Shown here in pieces: positions 1 to 13,941 of a stretch of 64,000 bases of DNA; positions within the stretch are counted from its first letter, which is position 1; each line of letters starts with the position of its first letter. This stretch comes from Epiperipatus broadwayi (lineage: Eukaryota; Animalia; Onychophora). The translations under genes were made by a program, and so were the position numbers. The notes beneath the pieces were generated by a model. That model saw only the letters and a list, made by a program, of their open reading frames with translations. It had not been told where the DNA came from and made no database searches. The DNA lies in the NCBI GenBank assembly GCA_028023455.1, contig JAQFVV010000006.1, positions 6,696,001-6,760,000 on the forward strand. The letters are read 5' to 3'.

Positions 1-1620
1 TTTATATCAATTTACTAGCAACAATGCAAGAAGCAATATTAGTTTTTTTATTTTCGTGTGGTTATTTACTTATTTGGATATTGGTTTTTCTGTTTATTGG
101 TATTCGTAATTCAAATTTGCAAACGTTTGTAAATTTGAATTATATGCATATATTAAAATGTTTAATCTTTATTTAAAATTAAACTAAGCCTATTTTATGG
201 AACAAATATGTCTGAACATGTTATTAGGAAAAAAATAAAGGTATTGATATAACTACATGTGAGCATTATTTACAGGATATTTAAATGATTCTTTACGGAT
301 CTTGTTTGTAAATTGGTTTAATAATATATTCACAATTGTTTATTCCATAAAATAGGTTTATATTCATAGCTGTAAAATTATTTATATCTTATTAAAGAAT
401 CTGAAACCAAAATATTTGCTTAAAACATTTTGCTTCTTATCATTTAGAGACTAAAGGCTCCAGAATTAAAATTTATCTCTTTCTGGTCTGATATCACATG
501 ATCTTTTGAGTAAGTAACAATTTAATTATTAATATCATTGTAACTTTAACTGTCAATTTCATACCTAAAGAAACAATCTTTCCAACAATTATCTACAAAG
601 AATTAATAAAAACAAAAACAAGATTCACCTGGCTATAGATTTTATAAATATCCATTATTATTTTTATTCTCCAGCTTGATGCCCATTTACTGACCAATAA
701 TAAGATGGTTAATTGAAACATGTTATCTAAATAAATAAAAATCAAGCTTGCTCAGAATCCAATAAAAATATCTCCATTTCATTGTATTTTAATCCCAAGT
801 TATATATATAACAAGAAAATGCTCTAATCACTACCTTTCAAGATCTTTCTAAAATTTTACTTCTTATAATATTCTAAATGTGAATTTCATTTAGTGAATA
901 TATAAGTGTAACAAATCTTATCAGAAAACCATATCTTATCATTATTATTGTTTCATTGCAGAATGAAATTTATTCTAAATTTAATCCGTTTTATTAGCCA
1001 TACTTTTTTATTTCAGCAAACTTTCTTAACTTATCCATCCATCTCACATGTGGTCTTTTTATTGGTCTCTTATCTCATTAGCATTCAGTTAAATACCAAC
1101 AGATTATCATATGGAATATTGAACATATCTGGAATGACTTATTGTCTCATGTCAATCTGTTGTTAAAAGAAAGATGCTAAAGACACATCTTATTATTTGA
1201 TATTCAGTAAATGTACATCAATATTAAATAATTAAATGGTTAGTCATTTGAGAAGCCATGGACAGTCAAACATTAAAATGATAGGTTGATCTTTAAAGCA
1301 CAGACCTTTAGCTCTTTTATTAAGTTCAACATTCAACCAATGTGCTGAACTATGCAAGACATGATAGTTTAATGGTTTGTTAGTTAGGAATTCATGTAAT
1401 GTTTGAGTAGCAGAAGTATTTGATCCACTTTCACGTATTATGTTTTTAATATATATTTACAATAAATAATATGCATTCTATATGTTCCATGTCAATTAAT
1501 ATTATTATAGATCGTATAAACAACTATGATATTTTGAAAATAACTATTTGTTTTTCGTTTTAAATAATTGGAAATAATGCAATCGTCCTGCCTCAGTAAA
1601 AAACAAAAACAAATTATGAA

Positions 1621-1830
1621 GGACTTGAATTCAGACTTTCAAACCCGCCACAACTATACAATCCATCTTATATAACCAATACATATAATCATGTACATGT
1701 GAGAAAGATAAATGATCTCCAACACATATTTCGTGCTGAATCAGCACTCAACAACTGATCCAAATTACCATATCAAACATATATAATCACTGCTCAGTTT
1801 ATATTAAGATAGCAAATCTTCAACTTTAAT
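1621..1830 (-). mobile_element. Family A HHR repeat, degenerate copy
   Basis: Reverse complement reads ...TTGTTGAGTGCTGATTCAGCACGAAATATGTGTTGGAG...TTGAAAGTCTGAATTCAAGTCC, colinear with the copy at 15.1-15.3 kb. Core CTGATGA is mutated to TTGTTGA. Confidence 0.8.
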
Positions 1831-2607
1831 TACATTAAATTTGGTATAGAAAATATACATGTATTTAAATGTTATTAAAAAAAACAAATTCCAATTAATG
1901 ACCTCACAACAATGTTTTTCTTGGGAGTATTTATGTTTACAAAGGAATAAAGAAAGTTAGACTTTAAAATCTTCGCTGTATAAATAATTATGATCAATTA
2001 AATTTGGCAGATAAAATAATTCATATTCACACATTTCATATTAATAATTTTTTTTTTAATGTTTATCTATAAATTATTTCAATAATTTAAAAAAATAAAA
2101 ATACGTACAGCCAAACCAAACTATGTGAATATAGTTTTTGGATTCCTTTGTAAGTATGTGTGTATATTGTTCTTGTTATCACTATTGTAGCACCGATGTT
2201 TCCATGGATCTCACCAGAATGGCTCAATAACCGTTGCTGAAATCCTAATATCTAGAAATAGCTACTGGACTACCTTTATTAACCAGAAAAGAGCAGGTCA
2301 GACTCAATTGAAATATCAATGCCATAATGGTAATAAAAAGCAATCACATGACCTAGCTAAAAATTGGGTTTATATCTTTTGCTTATAAAATTTTTTGTCT
2401 TAACAAACCAAATTACGCGTACTTAAATCCATTTTTATGTTGTCCCACAATGCAATAGTTGCACATGATCACAGTGCTTATAATGTAGGGATTGGGGAAA
2501 AGATTTTAGTTAAAAACCATAATGGAAAAAAAGTTATTTATTTATGTATGTGGTTAAATCTCAAAGCTCTCTTTCAGTGTAAAGAAAACGGTTGCCTAAC
2601 ATATATA

Positions 2608-2772
2608 CAGGGCCGGCAGAAGCGGGCATGCAACGCATGCTAGGCATGCGGGCGCTGGCAGAAGGAGGCGCCATCACTGAGAGATTAGCATCTGAAAAAG
2701 AAGGCGTCATCCCTGACAGGGGCACCAAAATCAAATTTGCATGCGGGCACCTAGTACCCAGCGCCGGCTCTG
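2608..2772. mobile_element. hAT-type MITE (165 bp)
   Basis: TIRs CAGGGCCGGC...GCCGGCTCTG flanked on both sides by the 8-bp direct repeat CATATATA (2600-2607, 2773-2780). GC-rich island in AT-rich DNA. Confidence 0.85.
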
Positions 2773-2869
2773 CATATATATATATATATTTCATATAATA
2801 TGGATCCTCATCAAGTATGCTGGAAATTTGAGCCCTTGTAACCATGTAGAATAGCATCATAGCTTTTTA

Positions 2870-3400
2870 TATTATCATACAATATTAAATTATCCAGGCA
2901 CTTTATTTACCACACTTTTTTACAGTTTATAGTTTTGATTGCCCCTGCAATCTGCTTCAGAACTTTTATATCTCCTTACTTCAACTTCTCTCTATATCAA
3001 TGTTTCTTCTTTCTTCTTATCCAAGTTTTATTTCCAGCATTCCTTTATCTTCTTCAAGAAGTATAATAATTACTCTTTCTTATTGCATTGCCAAATATAT
3101 ACCATATAATATTAAATCATCCATGCATTTTACTACTGTTACACAATGCTTTATTTACCACCCTTTTTTACAGTTCACAGTTTCGAATGCCTCTGCAATC
3201 TTCTTCAGAACTTTTATATCTCCTAACTATTATAATGGAAGTCTTGTAATCTTTTCTAATAAACACACAAGCAGAATGATATTATATTCAAAACTGTTCA
3301 TAACATTAAACACATCTTATGAAAAGTTGATAATTTCATAGCAACTTTTATACATCTTAACAAATATTATAAATTAGACATTAAATATGGAACAATTACA
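2870..3400 (-). mobile_element. Probable decayed LINE (RTE-like) fragment with internal duplication
   Basis: Purine-rich minus strand with broken reading frames. About 75 bp is duplicated (around 2901-2978 and 3149-3223). No clear catalytic motif. Confidence 0.4.
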
Positions 3401-4904
3401 TGGTACATATATATTTTGTTCATTGAACTTTAACTCTTCATTGGGTAAGATATTCCCCAAAATGCACTTTTCAGATGTGTGCATGGGATCCCACAATTTT
3501 CTATTATTTCAATAACTGCTAAACCTACTGATAGAAATGTAATAATATACAATGTGTGTGATCCTAATAGAAAAGTAAGCTACAAATTGTAGCTCACAAA
3601 AATATTTCTTTCACTCTAAAAAATGAAAGCATTCCAATATTTCTTCACACAGACTAACAGTCAGACTTTACAAGGAGCAGATAATCATACAAAAATACAG
3701 AGCCCCAATTTGATTAAGCTGCATGTTAAGGAATGATTGCCTAGAAATTAATTTTGCTGATTCTAACCAAAACCTTTCAACAAATAGTTCTATTATTACT
3801 TCTTATCAGATATGATAATATTGAAAGTGTTTAATATACATATGAGCATGTCCGGTGTTTGAAGTGATTCATATATCACTAATTAGCATATACAGACCTC
3901 ATCCAGTTTTACTTTTTCTAGGTTCCGATTAAGACTAAGATTTTTTAAACATAAACACCATGCAGTCAATTCAATTAGCCAATCAATAACTAATAAAATC
4001 ATTGAATAGTTTATTATTTGGGAATTCATAAGAAGTTTGAAAAATAAAACTGACAGAGCTAGACCATAATTCATAGCACTTGAGCTCCAGAATTTTCTAC
4101 TATACTACTGCAGCAAATCAAGCCCACCTAATGTTGATCGGTAAATTGGTATCTAGATATTTTTATCTATAATGCAAAATTCTGTTTTATTATGAGTGCT
4201 TTTGAGAAATCTATGACCTCAGTGAGAGCTTATTTTATTGATGTCTATTGTTTAAAACTTTAATATTCTCACATTGCAATAACTTATAATATTACCCCTA
4301 TTACAGGAACAGTTTTCTATTAAAAAAATATCAACATGTCTTCTAGATTATTTATTCTTATTCCCTTCTCTTTTAAACCAGCCCATACTTTTATCATGGA
4401 AAACACTTTATTGTTCTTACAGTAACTTCTCAAATCCCAACTATTTCTCTACCAATTTCTTTTTGTTTGTCATTCTTTATTAAATACTTTAGCATGGATG
4501 TGTGTGTGTGTGTGCTAAGTTATTCTCCTACAAGAACCTCTCGTGCAGCTTCTTTTACAATAATAGTAAAAAGGAGGCACTATTTATCAGACTTGTCAAC
4601 TGCAAAGTTGTAAGAGTTGGATTTTTTTAAATCCTGTTAACCCTCTAAACCAAACATAACTAAAAGCCTGTTTAATGACCAATATTCCTTTATTATGATG
4701 GGGTGCAATATTCTGTTCCAGTACAAATTTCTATGTATTACAATCAGAGCGGCTGGAAACTGAAGAATTTTAGCACAATAGTCCATTGAACAATTCTATT
4801 TTTATGCCAGTAATTCTGTATTTTAGTACTTATCTTTGTCCATAGTAGTAAGGAGTAATTAAAAAAATAAAAATAAGTACAAACTTTAAAGAAGCATTTC
4901 ATCA

Positions 4905-5260
4905 TCATTTTTGACCACTATCAATCCACTGCAGGGTGAAGGTCTCTCCAAGTCCAATCCATCTTCTCCAATCCCTAGCCTCTCTTCTTCACATCAACCT
5001 CACACATTTCCTAATTTCAGCCAGCCATCTCACATATGGTCTCTTTCTAGGTCTTTTACAATCTTTTGAAATCCAGTTTAAGATGTTAACTGTCCATCTA
5101 ATATCATCTCTTTTAGAAATATATCCATCCCAACTTCAATTTTTTTTAATGAAGAAGCTCAGCTTTTATAAAAAGTTTCTTAATACAATTCAATCAAAAC
5201 AGAAGTGTATTGTGGTCATGTTTAGAAATTATATGAAAATTGCATGCTCATATTTTAGTC
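4905..5260 (-). mobile_element. RTE LINE 3' fragment
   Basis: Minus strand translates to RWTVNILNWISKDCKRPRKRPYVRWLAEIRK...RDWRRWIGLGETFTLQW followed by an ATGATG tail, the typical RTE C-terminus. Confidence 0.85.
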
Positions 5261-6351
5261 ACATAATGTCAAGAATACAGTAAAAGATAAAGAAAACTTA
5301 TTTTTTAAATTTTTAGTGCATTTACATGAACTGTAAAACCAAGATGGCAGCCCATATTTTTGATAAATATACAGCTTTGAGAGCCTATAGTCTATGAAGA
5401 TGTGTTAGTTGTTAAATTTAAACAAAATTAATAAATTGACCATTAAATTTTTTAAAAAAGAAATAAATTCTGATAAATTTCATTAAGAAGCTTTATTTCA
5501 ATTTTTTTAATATTTATATTATAACACAGGAAGTGACAAGTTGCTCTTAACATTATCTACTTTGATTCAATTCAACATTTTTCATTTTGTCAGCAGTTTT
5601 TTTGTCAAATTGTCATAATAATAAAAATGTGGGACTTTTCTGCCACAGAATGTGGTGCAGTGGACTATTTCAAAAGTTACAAAATTCTGCCCTCCTAAAA
5701 AGTGTGCATTAATAGTAATGATATAATTGCATACCGCTTACATGAATAAAGTGTAAATATTATATTTATATTTTTTTCTCATTTTTCTGTTAATAAATTA
5801 TTCCAAAAAAAAAAAAAGAAAATAAACTACAAATATTGTAATTAATTTTTTATAATGATTTCTTTTTAAAAATAACACTAATAAAAAATAAAATGTAAAT
5901 ATTAAATATTTCCTAGCAGATATTTGTTGTAACATTTTTTGGGGCCCCTGAATCTGTATATTTATTAAAAATATGACTGCCATTTTGGTTTCCTGGAAAA
6001 CTCATGAATACCTTTTTAAAAAGCTTTATAACTTTTTTTTTAAAAATTAGAAAGCAAAATAAAAAATTATTGACAATTTTAAAGCTATTTTAAATGTCAA
6101 TGTTACTTTTTAAAAATGTATCTATTTAATAAACAAATATAAATCATTTTGTTCACTTAAGTAAAATTAATAAAAATTAAATTAAAGGTTCAAAAATCTC
6201 CCTGTAATTAATAAAACTAAAGGCATCATTTTTTTGCTTAGCTGACAATTTTCCAAGTTCTAAAATATGGAAAAAAACTATGAAGTCTGAACAAAGATTA
6301 GAATTTTAGAAATAACATAGGATATTTAATTTTTTTGTAAAATCTGTTTTT

Positions 6352-6858
6352 AATTAATAATTTAAGCACATACTCATTACCTAGGTAATATATATTAAGG
6401 CTATAACATTAAGACTATGCACTTAGATGCAACAGTAGGGACCTCTACAAATCTTAACACAAGATTAACAACTTTAAAAGACAAGAGCAGCCACTCTTAT
6501 TTTTAACCTACTTTCTAATTATATAGCTGAATCTAAAGCATTTTGATTTGAGAGCATAAAGCTATTAACTACTTCATTGATTAAGGTCACAATTTTTATA
6601 CAAGCTAACATACATGAAATCTTTCAATTTACAGTGAGTCAGTGTGAAGCTCCTATAATTAGAAATCTTTTAAGACAATTTAAAGTTGTAATTAATAATT
6701 TGTTAAGTGCATACTCATTACCTAAGCAATATATATTAAGTCTATAACCTTAAGACTCTGTGCCTAGATGTGATAGTAGAGACCTCCACAAATCTTAACA
6801 CAAGATTAATGACTTTAAAAGGCAAGAGCGGCCATTCTTATTTTCAATCTACTTTTTA
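6352..6858. repeat. Diverged direct duplication (about 170 bp, period about 340 bp)
   Basis: About 6352-6520 matches about 6690-6858 (CATACTCATTACCTA...ACAAATCTTAACACAAGATTAA). Confidence 0.85.
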
Positions 6859-7599
6859 ATTATAAATATGTTTTTGTAAATCTGTAAATGGAGAAAATCA
6901 TAAAGTGAGTTGGCTTTGTTAAAAGATCAATGTTACTGCTACCTGTTTCTCCAGGATTTAGTTTTAGTTATCATTTTGCTTAAAAATTTGTAACTTTGTT
7001 ATGCAGAATAATGAATAGTATTCTGTTTTAATTATCTTTTTCCTTTCAATAGTATTGCTAAATAAGAGCACCATAAAAAATATTAAATCCTATATAAAAT
7101 TAAAAATTTACATTTCTTGCTATTTTTTTGTTGCTAAAATTGTTTGCAAACTCTAAAAATAATGTACTGTCATGAGGAATACATAAGTACGTAAATTTTC
7201 AACTAGATTTGAAATTGGAAAGTGAGAAAAAATTCAGTTACAAGATTTTTCAGACAAGCGAAGTTAAATAAAATTTAATATTCAAATTTATTATCCTTCT
7301 CATTGTTGTTTGAAATAAACAGGTAGCAATGTTTTAACATTAGTGGAAAACATTTTTTTATTTTTACATTAGTTATAACTGAGTGTTATTTCAATGTGGA
7401 ACACCAGATTCATAGAACTCATGGGTTGGCTAAGTGTGCCACTGTAGAAAGCACCTAAATTTAAGGTTCCAAATTTAGAATTTGGCAGATATTGATTATG
7501 CTGTACTACAAAGTAGTAGGTAAATATATTTTTATAGCTATTATTTCAATTTTAAATTAAGTTTTATTGTTGATAAACAAAAATGAAGGCAATTTTATA

Positions 7600-7812
7600 T
7601 TAGTTGATCATCAAAAGATGATCAATCATCTATTTGAACCCTCCAGGGCTGAGGTAGTGTGTACTGAGAGAAATAATGCCAAAAGGAAGATTAAGGAGGC
7701 TTACTTTATCGCTAGTGACACAAATGTTATAAATAGAAAAGAAATGCCTTTGCAATTTCAAAAAAATGGATGGTCTGAGTTGTTTTGCATAAATTTGCAT
7801 ACAATGAGTTGA
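7600..7812 (+). pseudogene. PLE GIY-YIG endonuclease C-terminal remnant
   Basis: HLFEPSRAEVVCTERNNAKRKIKEAYFIASDTNVINRKE fits the H-F...E....KR.IKEA.FI.....IN pattern of Penelope/Poseidon-type endonucleases. Homologous to 31588-31740 and 50162-50445. Confidence 0.7.
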
Positions 7813-9329
7813 ATACATTTTAAGGCTATGAATATGGAGTAAACAGGCTCTGAAAGTGCTTAGCCAATATTAAAATTTATAATTTTATAGTTTTGCCTTT
7901 ATACGTTAAAGTGTATAAATTTATTATTACATATCATAATTATAAAAATGAAATATAAATATAACATTACAAGAACGTTTTTTGATATAACAAAATTTAT
8001 ACATTAAAAAAATTGAAACTTTTTTTTAATGTTTTTCAAGTAAAGTCATCTTTTAATCTTTTTTTATATTTTAATTGTATATGATAATACTTTTTTTTTT
8101 TAAATAATAATCTCATTAAATTAGTTATTTGGAAAGTAATGTTTAACAATAAATATGAGAAAAGTAATTTTGTTTTGGCACAAACTTGATTCAAAACCAA
8201 AAGATAATATATATGAAGAATTAATCTTACAGTTTGAGCCTCAAATTTAGTTACATTTAATTACCACTCAAAGGATATTGATTAACTGTGTTGGCAAAGG
8301 ATCAGCTTATTAAAGGAAAAAACCCTTAGATTTTATTCAGAACCTGTCATATCTCATCTTGTTTTCAAATAATGCACTAATCCAGATTCCATCTTATCTA
8401 GATTAGATCAAGTATTCATCACTATGAATCTATATGTATACAGATAGAAAACACAACCAATGGCAAGAACGGAGCAATAGGCGATGAAGCCTCCATTAGG
8501 GATGGGATCTGGCAATAAATAGCCAAATCTTTTGAATAGGGTCTGAGAACTACTGTCCCAGAGCTGAAAGAGAGAATTCACACTCGCCAGACTAGTAATT
8601 GACACAGAGAGGCAAGTTAATGTACAGAACTGGCTGCTGCTGAAACCAAATGCTGTCATGAGATGAAGCTGTCTAGTACATCGAGAAGTGTCACCATATC
8701 TACCCATGAGGTAGGCTGGCTCAGAGCAGATGAAATGGTAGGGAAAACCATAAGGGTATGTGCAGTCCCTTTTTCCATAGTTCGCTCTAGATCTAGGAGC
8801 TATATTATGCCGACAGTAGCAGGTGGAGTATAGTCATTATAAATATAGTGCAAATATGCAAATGTATATTTGTTTTCATGTTTCATTAATAAATATAGTA
8901 TATAATGTATTTACATGCATTTATTTTTATAGATTCATGTATAAACATAACAAAAGCAACTCCTAAGTACAGAGGCAGATAAAATTGTATTACGAAGCTT
9001 TTCGTATACATGTGCATGTAAGTATATTTATGTCCATGAGCAACATATACTTTGACTCATTTTTTAGTAATATTTTAAATATATATATATATATGAGCAT
9101 GTGTTTGTACTTTAAAATGTGGGTGATACATAGTTTTTCAGTAACTTATAACACCTGTTAAGGTTAAACAGCTGTTACCATGCCAAATATTTTTTAAAAT
9201 AATCTAAATGAGTTGATAGAGTATCTACATCACTAAATGCAGTCATTGAATTATTGTATTACTACTCAAATGATTAACTTTGCATAATTTGTTACAGTTA
9301 TTGAACAATACACTCTGGAACTGAAAATC

Positions 9330-10340
9330 TATGGATCACGGCTCTGGTCCCCATCACTTCTAATATTCAAATTTCTCAGCAAAAAACCATTTGATTATTT
9401 TTAATAAAGTCTGTAATTTAATTCATAATTTTTTAGAATGTGTGCACACTCTTAATTATATTTCTTGCAAAAACACTCAATATCCATTTATAATAAACAT
9501 TCATTATATCATCATTGTCAACAATTATCAATCCACTACAGTATGGTCTGTCCAATTTCAATCCATCTTCTCTGATCTCTGGACTCTTTTCTTCACATCA
9601 CCCCCACACAACTTCCTTATTTCATCCATCTCACATGTGGTCTCTTTCTGAGTCTTTTACACTCTCTTTGAACCCATTCAACTGTCTATCTATTTTTATC
9701 TATTCAAGCAACATGTCCATTCCAATTCCAGTCTCTTAATTCTTTCAATGAAGCCAGTAATATCTGTTTGTTCTCTTACCCATGTATTTCATTTTCAATC
9801 TCTTCTTGTTACTCTTAACATGCATCTCTCCATACTTCTTTGAGTGGTCTGAATTCTTTGTATTGATCTTCTGTTAAGTGCCCAACTCTCAGATCCATAA
9901 GCAAGAACTGGTAAAACACATTTATTAAAAATCTTCCTTTTTAAACACGTGGACATATTTTTGTTTTAATATTTTTACTAAAAGCACTCGTAGCAATCAA
10001 GTTTAATTCTATGATTAATTTCATCCATTATGTTTCAATCTGTAGTAATAATCTTACCAAGACTTTCATAGTTGTTAACTTCTAACTCATCATCATCAAT
10101 GTTTATTTTCATCTTTTAAGAAAGCTCATTGAACATTACTTAGTCTTTTTAAGGTTTATCTTTAGTCTTACTTTCATCTGATAACTCTGGCAACATTTCT
10201 TGAAACTCTAAAGTATTATTTGTAATAATTACATCCATCTGGAAAATCTTGATGATTTAAATAATCTCCATTTACTTTTATTCCGTTAGCTTCCCATTTT
10301 AATCCACATTCTTTAAAGTGGATGCTAAGAAAGCCACCAT
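9330..10340 (-). mobile_element. RTE LINE RT/3' fragment, decayed
   Basis: Homologous to 4905-5260 (ATCAATCCACTACAG...CCATCTCACATGTGGTCTC) and extends into RT thumb sequence with many stops. Confidence 0.75.
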
Positions 10341-11019
10341 GTTAATTAAGTCTTGCTACCATGAATGCACCAGTTTTTATCTGATCACTAAATGTAAGCA
10401 ATGTTAATCTCAATTAGTATTTGGATGAGTGCCTGCTCAAAGATCTTGAGTGCTGATGGCTTGCCATTTTGGCCTTATGTAGTCTAGCACAATAGTAAAA
10501 TGACAAACATGAAAACTAAAGGTTCCTAGTTTGAAGATTAAGTCCATCAAAATTGCATAATCTCCATTTTATAAGAATAACTAAAATATAAAACTCTTAA
10601 TCTTAACAAAAATGATACACTCAGGGGGTTGAATGTTATTCAGGTAGTAAGTGACAGGCTGGACATAATGGTTGGCCAAATTAAAATTTTTTAAAAAAAC
10701 TTTCACTAGTTGTAAAATCAATTCAGAAGTCTTTAGCTCTTAAGTTGGCCACACACCATTGTACTAAACAGCTCAGGGATTATATATTGTTCACATTTTG
10801 TAAGGCAAAGAACTCATGACTGAAGTTGCATTATCACCTCTGGTGTTCAGACATTATACACCTTGTCAATTCAATTGTTTTATAAAATCTTGTTTATAAT
10901 TAAACTCTCTGCGTGGAGGCAGACAGCAGAGCACAGCAGCCAAGTTTTAATGCTTATGCATCATCAGTAATATTTTGCGGTTGCTTGTATTCAAATTTAA
11001 ATTCCATTTAAGAATTAGC

Positions 11020-11450
11020 ACCCTTCAACTATCCACACTATCTCATACAACTGATGCACATGACCACACACATGTAGAAATTATAAATAATCACCAGTAT
11101 AGGTATTTCGTGCTAAACAAGCACTCATCAGTTGGTCCAAATTATCATCCCCCACACATATATATAATCAGTGCTCAGTTTATATTAAAAAAGCCAATCT
11201 TCATACTTTAATGGATAGGCTTCAATCTACTCGAACCTCCAACTCTTCAGCTATGCATATCATTGAAATTCTGATGACGAAAACCCAAATCCCATGCTGA
11301 TGAGTACTGGTTTAGCACGAAATATGGATATTGGTGATTATTTATCTTTTTTACGTGTATGGTCATGTGTATTAGTTGTATGAGATAGTGTGGATAGTTG
11401 AAGGGTGCTTGAAAATCTGAGTTCAAATCCCCTATACTTACAATTAAGCT
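11020..11450. mobile_element. Family A composite: minus copy (11020-11300) joined head-to-head to plus copy (11297-11450)
   Basis: HHR core on minus at 11093-11136 and on plus from 11297. The junction falls in the shared CTGATG microhomology. Confidence 0.9.
11093..11136 (-). ncRNA. Type I hammerhead ribozyme, family A (slightly degenerate)
   Basis: ACCAA-CTGATGA-GTGCT(TGTTT)AGCAC-GAAA-TACCTA-TA-CTGGT. Core intact, one stem I mismatch, stem III palindrome broken. Confidence 0.7.
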
Positions 11451-13821
11451 CCAGGTTTGTGAAGAGTACCTGGTTTTCAAATATTTAAAAATTTCATAAG
11501 ATTTTAAAAATATAAAGGCAAGACCATAAGACCAAGCCTTCAGTTTGTTGCACATATTACTACTATAACACATCTTTGTTGGACTAGAAATGTGAAACAA
11601 ATAAATGATACAATTTTCATAAAAATGGTTTTACGATGAATTTGAATGTGATTGAATTGGAATGCGATTGTCGTAAAAGGGTCAGAAATCTACGTCAAAA
11701 ATGCGCTAAAAAATACAGTATTGAAGTCATTTAGAAAGAAAGGTTTGTGGCAGAAGAAATTAAAGAAAAGCAGCGCAAAATATTAAATAAACAGAATAAT
11801 GGACCAGCGTCCAATTATTGTTCGTAAACTGATTTGCATAAATAATTAAATGGGTTGTTTTTGATATGTGCAATTTAGTGGTGGGATGCGTGTCAACTCT
11901 GGGATATAAACTTCTCAGATCGTTCCTATTTGTGATGCTTCCGGTGCTCAAATTTCTTATGAACTTCTGACCAATAAAGCTATTTAATTCTTTTTAAATG
12001 ATTATTCCCAAACCGGACATGGTCCCCATGAACCATAGACCTTGGTCTCTAGAATCCGCTATTTTCCCATTTCATAAAAACACACAGAGCATTGATTTTA
12101 TAAACATGGTATACTAATTTATATTGTATTATTACTATTTTACCTATTTGGGGGAGGGATGGGGGATTGGAATGACTATACTCACTTCTGCTGATGATGA
12201 ATATTCCAATTTATTGATGCAAATATGTTCACTTCTCAATAAGTTTAAAATGATAATAAAATAGATTAGCTTCTTTGGAATATGGTTTATGCTTTTAAAA
12301 AAGTTTGAAATAAACCATCATAAGATTATAAAAAGATTAATCAACGCTTGAGTTGTATTAAAGTTTGACAAGTCCATTTTTGAAAAGATGAAAACAGGTA
12401 ACTAACTTCTTAGGGACTCCACAAGGAAGTATCAATCTAATCATGTCTTGTCAGGAGCATTTAATTAGCTTTCACAAAGATTATGTGTATTTAAAAAAAA
12501 AAAAAAAAAAACGGAAATGATTAAAGAAAATATGAAATATATTGACATTTTTAAAAACAAAAAAGTTTAACAACTTAGAAATTGTTATTTTTAGCATACA
12601 AATGGTATAAAAAAACTGAAAAAGTATTTCTAAAGAGTTTCATAATTTGAATATCTTTGCATAAAATATCGAATATGTTGTGTTTAAACGGTAATATGAC
12701 AAGGTCATTCAAGAATAACACAGTTTTTAAAAATAAGTATATTTATTATATATATATATAACGTTTACATATAATACCTTCTCTGTTTTGGTAGGCGAAT
12801 TATACATGTTTGGTTATTAGGGGTACAAGTGATGTTTAAGCAGGAGTGGAGATACGTTCTATAAAGACCTGACACTTCCAGTCTATGCTGGCTTGCCTCA
12901 TATGCAACGATATTGATAACTATAGCTACAAGTTTCTAATTCTAGGTTTGAGCTTGTCACTGTAGCCTACAATAATGTGGATAATGTAGTACTGCCATTC
13001 AACATATGATAGTTATCTGATGTTGTAGTCTCTATTTTCCTTCAAGTGGATTTCTACATATAGCAGCATCTCTGTCCTTGTTGAAAACATTGGATTCACA
13101 GACTTAGCTTTCCAATTTGCCTTTTTATATCATTGGCTATTTATTCTCTATCTCATTGGCCAGTCTTGTTGTAAATTAAATTGATAGTAGTAAGGGCAAA
13201 TCCATTATTTGAAGGTAAGCTTAATTAGGATGCATTCACAATAATATACATGCAAATTTTTGTAAAAAATATGCACAGATTTATCATTTGATATAGAATA
13301 TACACTTTTGTAATCTTATTGGTGGAATTCTATGGGGGGGGGAGGATTATAAACAAAGTTTTTATGATTTGGGTCACTAAGAAAAAGCATTGAAATCAAT
13401 GGGAAATCAAATTCTAGAGAAATATATGAGTTTCCAATAGTTTATAAAATAATATATAATCCCTAGACTTTTCAATAATAACAAAAAGTAAATGAATGAT
13501 TTGTCAATCTTGAAATCATAAGTTCCAAAAGTAATGACCTGCGATTAATAGACATTTAGCTTTCAAGCATTCTTTGCGGATTAATGCAATAGTAAATAGA
13601 ACTTAACGGCTATGAATTGTGGGTCAAATTATTTATTTCATTTTTTGTCCGCTAGATGTAATTGAGATAGTGCACATTTATATAATATATATTTGGATAC
13701 AAATAGTAATAGATGAATTAGTTTAATATATTAACCTGATAAAACTTGATAATATATATATTTAGTTCAAATCTACTATGTATATGAGTTTTATGTATCG
13801 GTCTATATACACTATCGACAC

Positions 13822-13941
13822 CATTGCCAGATTAACCTGGAAACAACAAAAGCATATACTATAGGCCCCAAATTTTTGAGGGGCTCACATTAAATGTTTG
13901 CAAGAAACAAGTATTTATCTTATTCTTGCAATCTGGTAATG
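13822..13941. mobile_element. Possible small MITE
   Basis: Imperfect TIR CATTGCCAGATT...AATCTGGTAATG with an internal GGCCCC/GGGGCT hairpin. No TSD seen. Confidence 0.4.

Noticed and set aside
10930-10975. Minus-strand CTGATGA-TGC(ATAA)GCA hairpin
   Set aside because: No GAAA, NUH or stem I; at best a heavily decayed motif.
11271-11285. CTGATGACGAAA
   Set aside because: No room for stem II and no stem I; it lies on the antisense strand of a family A copy.
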